43,859 nt of DNA from Klebsiella pneumoniae (GTDB lineage Bacteria > Pseudomonadota > Gammaproteobacteria > Pseudomonadales > Azotimanducaceae). Shown here one piece after another: positions 36,235 through 43,859 of the stretch (position 1 is the stretch's first letter; each line of letters starts with the position of its first letter). Made by a program: the position numbers and the translations under genes. Location: the NCBI GenBank assembly GCA_945878745.1, contig CAMDVY010000001.1, positions 1 to 43,859 on the forward strand. Direction: 5' to 3'. Under the pieces are notes generated by a model. The model searched no databases. It saw only the letters and a list, made by a program, of their open reading frames with translations, and was not told the origin of the DNA.

Positions 36235-37239
36235 GTGGTCCCTGATCTGTGCAGCGTCACTGCGCTGACGTTGGTCGTCCTGTTTGCTGAACTTCTGGTG
36301 GTGGTCCTTTGGGTCGCAGGTGGTGATGCGTCCTGGCTGCGGTTTGCCTTGTTGTCTCTGTTTGTGCAATGGGTTGCCATTACCAGCGCGGCGACCATCT
36401 GTGCGTTGCGAGGCTGGCTGTCTCGTCGTTCCATGGTGGTGGGCGCCGCACTGACGTTTCTGCTGGTATTGCTGGTTACGCTGGTGGAAGGGCTGATTGC
36501 GGATCGGATTCTGGTTCAGTTTGCGCCAGTTTCCATCGAGTGGTCCCGGATCGCGTCCATGCTGGTGATCTCAGCAATCATTTCCGGGCTCGCACTTCGA
36601 TACTTCTACGTACAACAAAGGCTACGAGCCAAGGAACAGTCCGAACTGCAGGCCCGTTTGCAGGCACTCCAATCAAGGATCAGACCTCACTTCCTGTTCA
36701 ACAGCATGAATATCATCGCCAGTCTGATTGCGGTTGATCCGGACACTGCAGAATCCGTGGTGGAAGACTTGAGCGAGTTGTTCCGGGCCAGCCTCAACGA
36801 GGCAGGCAATCAGGTGCCTATCGATGTTGAACTGGATCTGTGTCAACGATATGTGCGGATAGAATCTCTGCGCCTGGGTGATCGGCTTCAGTTCGATTGG
36901 CAATTGGGCGAGTTGCCCACTGGCATCCAGATCCCGTTGTTGACCCTTCAGCCATTATTGGAAAATGCCATTTATCATGGTGTTCAACCGCGTGCCGAGG
37001 GAGGTACGGTGACCGTCCGTATCTGGTCCGAGAAGGATGAAGTCCGAATTCTCATTACCAACCCATTGCCGCCGGCCAGCGTGCGTTCTGGTTCCGAAGG
37101 CAATCGCATGGCCCTGGACAACATTCGCAGTCGTTTGCAGGTGCTGTACGGAAACGATGCAAGACTGTTGGCGGAAGCGGATGGCGAGACCTTTCGGACC
37201 GAATTGCGCCTGCCAACGACCCCCCGGGGTCCATTGTGA
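36235..37239 (+). CDS. algZ: LytS/AlgZ(FimS)-type sensor histidine kinase
   Basis: It has membrane-spanning N-terminal segments, then [18 protein letters not shown] (a His_kinase PF06580-type H-box) and LLENAIYHG (N-box). The start is uncertain, because GTG 36235 is the first canonical start after argH. The position is conserved: divergent from argH and upstream of algR-hemC. Confidence 0.75.
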   Translation: MVPDLCSVTALTLVVLFAELLVVVLWVAGGDASWLRFALLSLFVQWVAITSAATICALRGWLSRRSMVVGAALTFLLVLLVTLVEGLIADRILVQFAPVSIEWSRIASMLVISAIISGLALRYFYVQQRLRAKEQSELQARLQALQSRIRPHFLFNSMNIIASLIAVDPDTAESVVEDLSELFRASLNEAGNQVPIDVELDLCQRYVRIESLRLGDRLQFDWQLGELPTGIQIPLLTLQPLLENAIYHGVQPRAEGGTVTVRIWSEKDEVRILITNPLPPASVRSGSEGNRMALDNIRSRLQVLYGNDARLLAEADGETFRTELRLPTTPRGPL

Positions 37240-37964
37240 GAATTCTCGTCGTTGATGATGAAACTCTGGCGAGAGATCGATTGAAGCGGATGCTCGCCGG
37301 AATGGAGGGTTGCGAGTGGGTAGGTGAGGCGGCCAACGGGTTTGAAGCCATCGAGCGCGTTCGGGCGCTGGAGCCGGATCTGTTGCTTCTGGACATCCGT
37401 ATGCCAGGCATGGATGGTCTGGAAGCCGCTTCCCATCTGGCTCAACTGGAGGAACCGCCGGCGATCGTGTTTTGTACGGCCTATGAAGAGCACGCCATTG
37501 ATGCATTCAATCTGCAGGCAGTTGGCTATCTGCTCAAACCCGTGCGCAAAGAGCGATTGGAGCAGGTCCTGGTCAATGCAAAGCGCGTCAATCGCGCTCA
37601 GCTGCAGGCACTTTCACAAGTTGACGGCAACCGGCGGACACACATTTCGACGCGCACGCACAGGGGCCTGGAGTTGATCGCGGTGGATGATGTCCGATTT
37701 CTTCAGGCGGACAGCAAATACGTGACGATACGCCATGGTTCTGGCGAAGTGCTCGTTGATGAAGCGCTGCGTGATCTGGAAGTGGAGTTTGGTGAAATGT
37801 TTGTACGCATACATCGTAGCGCTTTGGCCGGCGTTCGGTTTATCACTGGTATCGAAAAAGGTACCGATGGACAACATCGATTGCGGCTTCGCGATGTTGA
37901 AATGTCACTTGATATCAGCCGTCGACATCTTCCAGATGTACGCAAGCTGGTGAAAGGCCTGTGA
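37236..37964 (+). CDS. algR: LytR/AlgR family response regulator (receiver + LytTR DNA-binding domain)
   Basis: 242 aa. The receiver is MRILVVDDE...LLLDIRMPGMDG and the LytTR C-terminus is FLQADSKYVTI...FVRIHRS. There are GTGA overlaps with algZ (37236) and hemC (37961). Confidence 0.9.
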   Translation: MRILVVDDETLARDRLKRMLAGMEGCEWVGEAANGFEAIERVRALEPDLLLLDIRMPGMDGLEAASHLAQLEEPPAIVFCTAYEEHAIDAFNLQAVGYLLKPVRKERLEQVLVNAKRVNRAQLQALSQVDGNRRTHISTRTHRGLELIAVDDVRFLQADSKYVTIRHGSGEVLVDEALRDLEVEFGEMFVRIHRSALAGVRFITGIEKGTDGQHRLRLRDVEMSLDISRRHLPDVRKLVKGL

Positions 37965-38869
37965 AAACATTGGTGATCGCTACGCGAAAGAGTGCGCTTG
38001 CGCTGTGGCAGGCAAATTTCGTCAAGCGCGAACTTGAGCGATATCACGCCGGCCTGGATGTGCAACTGCTCGGCATGACTACACGTGGTGATCAATGGTT
38101 GAATGCGCCGCTTCGTGAATTGGGTGGCAAGGGTCTGTTCATCAAGGAACTCGAATCGGCACTGTTGAGTGGCGAGGCACATATCGCGGTTCATTCGTTG
38201 AAGGATCTTCCAGCGATCATTCCCGATGAATTCACATTGGGTGCGGTAGGCTATCGAGCCGATGTTCATGATGTGCTGGTTGGCGTGAGTGGTGGCATTG
38301 CATCGTTGCCACAAGGTGCTCGGGTTGGTACTTCGAGCCTGCGCAGACAATCGCAGTTGCTGGCACAGCGCGCAGATCTGGTGGTTAGTCCCATCCGCGG
38401 AAACGTTGGCACCCGACTCGACAAGCTGACCAACGGTGAGTTCGATGCCATCGTTTTGGCTGCCGCTGGTCTGGATCGTCTGGGCGTAAACCTGCCGGTA
38501 CGATCAACCCTGTCTCTTGAAGACAGTTTGCCGGCCGCCGGGCAGGCAGCTCTTGGTGTCGAATGTCTGGCTGGTGCGAAGGAGGTCTTGAGTCTGTTGC
38601 TGCCTCTGAATGACGAGCGGGTGGCCCGGTGTGTGGCGACTGAGCGGCTGGTCAGCGCAGGTCTCGGCGCGGACTGCAGTATGCCGGTCGCCGCGTATGC
38701 CGAGATATCTGGATCGGAAATCCGTCTTCGCGCTTTGCTTGCCAGTGCCGATGGGCGACAAATCTTGCGTGCCGAAGCGATGGGGCTCGAGCCTGCGACC
38801 ACAGCACATCAGGTTGTTGCGTCGCTGAAGGCCATGGGCGCCGACGACATACTTCGCACTCTCCGGTGA
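37961..38869 (+). CDS. hemC: hydroxymethylbilane synthase (porphobilinogen deaminase)
   Basis: 302 aa: MKTLVIATRKSALALWQANFV, RGD..L...L.ELGGKGLFIKELE, HSLKD, GTSSLRR. Confidence 0.95.
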   Translation: MKTLVIATRKSALALWQANFVKRELERYHAGLDVQLLGMTTRGDQWLNAPLRELGGKGLFIKELESALLSGEAHIAVHSLKDLPAIIPDEFTLGAVGYRADVHDVLVGVSGGIASLPQGARVGTSSLRRQSQLLAQRADLVVSPIRGNVGTRLDKLTNGEFDAIVLAAAGLDRLGVNLPVRSTLSLEDSLPAAGQAALGVECLAGAKEVLSLLLPLNDERVARCVATERLVSAGLGADCSMPVAAYAEISGSEIRLRALLASADGRQILRAEAMGLEPATTAHQVVASLKAMGADDILRTLR

Positions 38870-38898
38870 TAAAGCGATGATGACTGGATGATGACGCC

Positions 38899-39567
38899 GT
38901 GAGGGTTTGGGTCACCCGTTCACAACCTGGTGCCGGACGTATGGCGGATACTCTGGTGCAATTTGGACATGTCCCCGTCGTTGATCCCGTGTTTTCGATT
39001 CAACATCTGGATGTTCCAGTCGAAGGTGCGACTTCCGTGTGTGTCGTATTGTCAGGCCACGCCGTAGTCGCAGCCCGTCGACTTCGTCCCTCTCACGGAT
39101 ACCTTGCGATCGGCAGCACTACAGCTCGAACGCTGGCTGAATCCACCAATTTGCCAGTTGCCACTCCGGACAGCGCAGATAGCGAAGGCGTCGTGCGCTG
39201 GTTGTCCGACCGTTTGCCTGAACTACGTGCTGCCCCGGTCGTGATATTGACTGGAGAGGGTGGGCGAAAGGTGATCGAGTCGTTCCTGGGCGCTTCTGCG
39301 GTCGCGTACCGACGGATCGAAGTCTATCGTCGACAGATCGAACGGTTGACAACCGTACCTGTCGACGCGGATGCCATCGAAATCGCCAGCCTGGATGCGT
39401 TGAATCAGGTGCACCAGCTGTGGTCTTCCGGTGGAGGGTCGCTCAAGGTCCATTTGGTGGTAGTGTCCGGTCGGTTGGCGGAAGCAGCACGAATGATGGG
39501 ATTCACGAAGGTGACTGTGAGTGCTGGACCGGAACCGAACGCTGTGTCCGAAGCCCTGGGTGTTTAG
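38899..39567 (+). CDS. hemD: uroporphyrinogen-III synthase
   Basis: 222 aa from GTG 38899 (MRVWVTRSQPGA). The position directly after hemC, together with the size and composition, fits HemD. I see no sharp motif. Confidence 0.75.
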   Translation: MRVWVTRSQPGAGRMADTLVQFGHVPVVDPVFSIQHLDVPVEGATSVCVVLSGHAVVAARRLRPSHGYLAIGSTTARTLAESTNLPVATPDSADSEGVVRWLSDRLPELRAAPVVILTGEGGRKVIESFLGASAVAYRRIEVYRRQIERLTTVPVDADAIEIASLDALNQVHQLWSSGGGSLKVHLVVVSGRLAEAARMMGFTKVTVSAGPEPNAVSEALGV

Positions 39568-39624
39568 TCTTGTAGGTTGTCCGTCAGTCGGGAACATTGC
39601 TGAGCGTAAGAGGATGACAGAAAG

Positions 39625-40698
39625 ATGAGTGAGTCCACTGTGCAGACAGCGAAGGAGTCGACGGGTAGTCGTGCGACCCAATCGTCCCCGATGCAACCCC
39701 GGCCTCGGTCGGGCAACTGGATCGTGGGCTTGATGGCTTTCACAGCCTTGCTGACGTCAGGCTATCTGTACTATCGACTGCTCTTCATTGGCCACCTTGA
39801 GCGGCTGCCGGAAGAGGTAGCGGTACTCAATCGGTCAGTGGATGAGCAGATTCAAACGGCTGGTGCAGGTGTCGAGAACCGGGTGCAGGCTGCCCTGGCA
39901 CCACGGATCGATACCGTCGAATCCCGGTACCAGTCGCTCGACCAGCGATTGATGGCGATGGAAGCGGCTGTCGCCGGTGTAGTTGCTTCTGATGTCGAGC
40001 GTGTCTCTCCACCAGAAGCCGATGACTGGAAGATTGCCGAGGTGGGTTACCTGTTGCGGATCGCCAATCACCGGATTCTGATGGAGCGCAACGTCGCAGA
40101 TGCCCGAGCGCTTCTCGCCAATGCAGACTCACTGCTTGGCGAGCTTGATGACTTTCGCTGGCACGGTGTACGCGAACTGATTGCGGCGGAGCGAATTGCT
40201 CTGGACCAGGCCCAGGACATGACTGATGTGCAGGGTGTTTATCTGGCCCTGGAAGCCCTCAAGGCGCCACTTGGCGAACTATTGAAGGCGCGTCCGATAC
40301 TGTCTTCGCCTGCGGTTGATCAGCAGCCGACGGTCGACTCCCCTGTGTGGGACGCCTTGTTGTTGAGGCTGGCTGACGTGTTTCGAATCCAGCGAATCGA
40401 TGCAACTTCCATCAAGCCGCTGCTTTCAACGGATGAAAGGTACTACGTAGAGCAACAATTGCGACTGGCACTGGAGCAGGCTCAGCTTGGTGCTTTGCGA
40501 CATCAGCAAGGGGTGTTCGACGCAAGTCTTGGCAACGTCAGGCGCTGGCTTGGACAGGAGTTCGAACCCGACACGTCAGGGCTCGCGGCTCTGCTCAAGA
40601 GTGTTGATGAGCTGGCCAAGGTAAAACTTGAGGTATCTCTTCCCGATATCAGTGGTTCGTTGCACGCACTGCAGGACGCCGAGAGGAGCTCGCCGTGA
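39625..40698 (+). CDS. hemX: HemX-family membrane protein (annotated in pseudomonads as putative uroporphyrin-III C-methyltransferase)
   Basis: 357 aa with a single N-terminal TM segment (WIVGLMAFTALLTSGYLYY), then a long helical region containing WKIAEVGYLLRIANHRILMERNV, typical of HemX. It sits in the hemCDXY order. Confidence 0.75.
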   Translation: MSESTVQTAKESTGSRATQSSPMQPRPRSGNWIVGLMAFTALLTSGYLYYRLLFIGHLERLPEEVAVLNRSVDEQIQTAGAGVENRVQAALAPRIDTVESRYQSLDQRLMAMEAAVAGVVASDVERVSPPEADDWKIAEVGYLLRIANHRILMERNVADARALLANADSLLGELDDFRWHGVRELIAAERIALDQAQDMTDVQGVYLALEALKAPLGELLKARPILSSPAVDQQPTVDSPVWDALLLRLADVFRIQRIDATSIKPLLSTDERYYVEQQLRLALEQAQLGALRHQQGVFDASLGNVRRWLGQEFEPDTSGLAALLKSVDELAKVKLEVSLPDISGSLHALQDAERSSP

Positions 40699-41852
40699 GT
40701 CGGTTGTGGATGGCTTTGATCGTGGTCATCGCCCTGGGTGCAGCCATCGGAACGCTGATGTTCAGGGATCCCGGCTATCTCCTCGTCTCCTATGGTGGTA
40801 CCGCTTTTGAGACCAGCATCTGGATGGCTGTAGTCCTGCTGGTTGGAACCTATCTGGTGGTCCGATGTTTGATATGGCTGATACGAAACATGAGAAATGG
40901 CTTCTCGTCAGTATCGGACTGGGGTTTGCGACGACGAGCAAAAAAATCACAGAGCATGACAGCTCGCGGGCTCCTGTTGTGGGCTGAAGGCGATTGGCGA
41001 GAAGCCCAACGAGTACTGTCAGCGGGGGCCACAGACAGCGAGTTTCCGCTCATCAACCACTTGTTCGCCGCACTCAGTGCTCATGCCATCGGTGATGCCA
41101 AGGTCCGGGACAGTCATCTGGAGTTGGCGGTAGAAGCCGAACCAGGTGCGGCATTCGCAGTCAATCTGCAGCGGGCCGAGTTTTGCCTCGCCACCGGTGC
41201 CTATGCACAAGCGTCGCAAATTTTGAAGGCACTGCGGACCCAGGCGCCGCGACATCCAAAGGTCCTCCTGGATCTCGCGGATTGCTGTGAAAAGACCGAG
41301 GAGTGGGAGTTGCAACTTGAGGTGCTGGGTTCGCCGGGACTGACTGCGCTGATTTCTTCGGAGGAAGTCGCGCGTCGTACCGAGGCAGCCTGGAAGCAAA
41401 TCCTGGTTGGCGGTTCGCCAGAGGTAGCTTGGGCAGCGCTTCCGAAAAAGCTGCAGACCAATCCGGCGTTGGTTCAACTGGCGGCGGAGCGTCTTGCGGA
41501 AACGCAAAAGGTTGATCGCGCCGAAGAGATTGTCAGAACTGCATTGAAGCAGGAATGGACACCGGCGTTGGTAGACCTTTACGGCAGGCTTGGCGCTGCA
41601 GATGTCGCAGCGCAGATCCGCAATGCTGAATCATGGTTGAAGCAGCATCCGAACGATCCTGACCTGCTGCTCACGATTGGACGACTGTACCTGCGCAACC
41701 AACTCACCGATCAGGCGGAGAATGCCTTCAAATCAGCGCTGCGTGTACGAGCTGATAGAGCAGCGCATACGGAACTGGGACGTTTGCTGATAGGTCGAGG
41801 CGAGTTATCTCGGGGAGCCGATCACCTGGTGCAGGCGGTATCGACCAGTTGA
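40695..41852 (+). CDS. hemY: HemY-family membrane TPR protein
   Basis: 385 aa. The GTG start overlaps the hemX stop (GTGA). It has two N-terminal TM segments and then TPR-like repeats. Confidence 0.75.
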   Translation: MSRLWMALIVVIALGAAIGTLMFRDPGYLLVSYGGTAFETSIWMAVVLLVGTYLVVRCLIWLIRNMRNGFSSVSDWGLRRRAKKSQSMTARGLLLWAEGDWREAQRVLSAGATDSEFPLINHLFAALSAHAIGDAKVRDSHLELAVEAEPGAAFAVNLQRAEFCLATGAYAQASQILKALRTQAPRHPKVLLDLADCCEKTEEWELQLEVLGSPGLTALISSEEVARRTEAAWKQILVGGSPEVAWAALPKKLQTNPALVQLAAERLAETQKVDRAEEIVRTALKQEWTPALVDLYGRLGAADVAAQIRNAESWLKQHPNDPDLLLTIGRLYLRNQLTDQAENAFKSALRVRADRAAHTELGRLLIGRGELSRGADHLVQAVSTS

Positions 41853-41854
41853 TT

Positions 41855-42469
41855 TCACCTTGGGGCATAGGCGTAGACATCGCTGTGCAAGCTTTGGTTG
41901 GAGACTCCCGCAGCGGTGAGCAGATCGGTCACTGCATAGACGAAACTTGGACTGCCACAGAGAACGACATCGTTTGACGCTATTCGAGATCCCTGGTTAC
42001 GTAGCCAGAGCAGCCCGGAATTGCTCGGGTCACGACGTCGATCAGCAAACAAATGAATAGACGCCGAGGGTCCAATGGCCCCCAACAAGTCGCGAGCGTA
42101 GAAATCGGTTGGAGAATCGACAGCCCACATCAGTGTCCGTTTCGATGGATGGTTCTCATGGATTGCCGACGAAAGCATGGAGTGGGCTTGCGCAAACCCG
42201 CTGCCAGCGCAGACAAAGAGCAGGTGTGGTTGCGTCAGTGACGCAAGCGTAACCGAACCTTGAACATCTTCGAATTCGATTTCACCGCTCGCGATGACAT
42301 CCCGCATCAGCGAAGAATCATCGTTTCCCGCAACCGGCTGAAAGTGGATTTGCAGATTCGGCAGCGCATGAGGTGCTGACGCTATTGTGAAAGGTATGCG
42401 CCTACCGCTTGGATGCCGGACGTGAATGTACTGTCCGGCAGCAAACGCCAGGGAGTCTCCAGTCGACAC
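41855..42469 (-). CDS. Fre-like NAD(P)H-flavin/ferredoxin-reductase-type oxidoreductase (start unresolved)
   Basis: It has FAAGQYIHV...RIPFTIASAP (an RxYS-type FAD motif variant) and LLFVCAGSGFAQ (the NAD(P)H GxGxxP-like motif). The reading frame stays open up to 42541, and that stretch still looks like the first beta-strands of the fold. The first canonical start is GTG 42469. Confidence 0.65.
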   Translation of the reverse strand: MSTGDSLAFAAGQYIHVRHPSGRRIPFTIASAPHALPNLQIHFQPVAGNDDSSLMRDVIASGEIEFEDVQGSVTLASLTQPHLLFVCAGSGFAQAHSMLSSAIHENHPSKRTLMWAVDSPTDFYARDLLGAIGPSASIHLFADRRRDPSNSGLLWLRNQGSRIASNDVVLCGSPSFVYAVTDLLTAAGVSNQSLHSDVYAYAPR

Positions 42470-42530
42470 CTGCAGATCAACAATCTGTATCGAGCCGGGC
42501 CTCAGACCACGGACAAAAGCTGTTGTCAGC

Positions 42531-43793
42531 TCAACGACCCTTCATCGAAGCAAAGAACTGATCGTTGGTCTTCGTGTCCTTGAGCTTGGTGAGCATGAAC
42601 TCTATCGCAGCAACGTCGTCCATCTCATGCAGCAACTTACGCAGTATCCACACACGATGCAGTTCCTCTTCCGTCATCAGAAGCTCTTCACGACGGGTGC
42701 CCGAACGTCGGATGTTGATAGCAGGATAAACACGTTTTTCAGCGATTTTTCGTTCGAGGTGAAGTTCCAGGTTACCCGTGCCTTTGAATTCTTCGTAGAT
42801 CACTTCGTCCATCTTCGACCCGGTCTCAACCAGAGCGGTTGCGACAATAGTCAGGCTTCCGCCTTCTTCGATGTTGCGCGCTGCGCCAAAGAATCGCTTT
42901 GGTCGCTCCAGCGCATGGGCATCAACGCCGCCGGTCAGAACCTTGCCTGATGAAGGAACGATGGTGTTGTAAGCACGAGCCAGACGGGTGATCGAGTCAA
43001 GCAGGATAACGACATCCTTCTGGTGCTCAACAAGGCGCTTGGCTTTTTCTATGACCATTTCGGCCACTTGGACATGGCGTGATGGGGGCTCATCAAATGT
43101 ACTTGCCACAACTTCTCCGCGTACGGAGCGCTGCATGTCGGTGACTTCTTCTGGCCGTTCGTCAATCAACAGCACGATCATGACGACTTCAGGATTGTTG
43201 GCGGTAATGGACTGCGCGATGTTCTGCAGTACCAGTGTTTTACCTGCCTTTGGTGGTGAGACGATCAGTGCGCGTTGCCCTTTGCCGATGGGGGCAATCA
43301 GATCGATGACACGAGCCGTCAGATCCTCGGTACTGCCGTTACCGCGTTCCAGCATCATTCGCTTGTTGGCGAAAAGCGGCGTCAGATTTTCGAACAGGAT
43401 GTTGTTCTTCTTGCTGTTCGGCTCGCTGTAGTTGACCTCGTCGACCTTCAGCAGCGCAAAGTAGCGCTCACCATCTTTTGGCGGACGAATCTTGCCGGAA
43501 ATGCTATCCCCGGTTCGGAGGTTGAAACGGCGAATCTGGCTGGGTGATACGTAGATATCGTCTGGACCGGCGAGATAGGAACTGTCAGGTGAACGCAGGA
43601 AGCCAAAACCATCCTGCAGAATTTCCAGAACCCCCTCACCGCTGATCTCGTCCCCATTCTTGGACTGTTTGCGAACGATGGCTGCGATGACTTCCTGCTT
43701 TCGTGAGCGGGCGGTGTTTTCCAGCCCGAGCTCTCTTGCCATTTCGATGAGATCGACGACCGGCAGGCGTTTGAGGTCTGTGAGATTGGTCAT
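42531..43793 (-). CDS. rho: transcription termination factor Rho
   Basis: 420 aa: [32 protein letters not shown] (RNP1-like), Walker A PPKAGKT, and the C-terminus FFASMKGR. Confidence 0.97.
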   Translation of the reverse strand: MTNLTDLKRLPVVDLIEMARELGLENTARSRKQEVIAAIVRKQSKNGDEISGEGVLEILQDGFGFLRSPDSSYLAGPDDIYVSPSQIRRFNLRTGDSISGKIRPPKDGERYFALLKVDEVNYSEPNSKKNNILFENLTPLFANKRMMLERGNGSTEDLTARVIDLIAPIGKGQRALIVSPPKAGKTLVLQNIAQSITANNPEVVMIVLLIDERPEEVTDMQRSVRGEVVASTFDEPPSRHVQVAEMVIEKAKRLVEHQKDVVILLDSITRLARAYNTIVPSSGKVLTGGVDAHALERPKRFFGAARNIEEGGSLTIVATALVETGSKMDEVIYEEFKGTGNLELHLERKIAEKRVYPAINIRRSGTRREELLMTEEELHRVWILRKLLHEMDDVAAIEFMLTKLKDTKTNDQFFASMKGR

Positions 43794-43859
43794 GGTATAG
43801 GTTGGCTCTTTCGTAGATGCGGTTCAGGTGCTATCGCCCGGGGACTTGTTGCCGTTGGT

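Noticed and set aside
34741-36369. Long versions of argH (542 aa), of the kinase ORF starting at 35818 (473 aa), and of the HAD ORF (28009-29049, 346 aa).
   Set aside because: The N-terminal extensions overlap neighbouring, well-supported genes and are low-complexity. Internal starts give proteins of the expected family length and N-terminal sequence.

Overview
A moderately GC-rich gammaproteobacterial chromosomal window, densely coding on both strands. From memory, the gene order strongly resembles the Pseudomonas aeruginosa neighbourhood that runs rho ... hemYXDC-algR-algZ / argH ... cyaA ... lptM-lysA-dapF-DUF484-xerC-HAD ... sutA ... P-II ... ubiK-yifB ... cytochrome c5, so most of it is core housekeeping. 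The left ~10 kb looks more accessory. It carries a secreted beta-helix protein, an amidohydrolase, an orphan csrA, a serine hydrolase with membrane-lipid genes, and two secreted or cytoplasmic hydrolases. The middle holds an alanine/pyruvate-centred cluster (alr, SDR, ald, pyruvate-type omega-aminotransferase, AlsS-like ThDP enzyme) followed by a two-gene biotin acyl-CoA carboxylase. By eye I found no rRNA, tRNA, CRISPR array, transposase, prophage or recognisable defence or toxin system, and I cannot point to a convincing new multi-gene system. The signals most worth a second look are these: (1) a 177-bp nested, concentric palindrome that exactly fills the cyaA / lptM-lysA gap; (2) a 37-aa LptM lipoprotein ORF missing from the ORF track that overlaps the lysA start; (3) an orphan csrA whose leader carries seven GGA motifs in about 55 nt; (4) an arginine-rich DRR-repeat mini-ORF in an otherwise empty 476-bp gap; (5) the unusual pairing of Ald + aminotransferase + AlsS-like enzyme with a carboxylase that has no liu partners; (6) two genes (Fre-like reductase, AlgZ-like kinase) whose conserved N-termini have no canonical start codon; (7) a REPIN-like REP doublet at the left edge. 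All family assignments rest on motif recognition and recall, not on searches.
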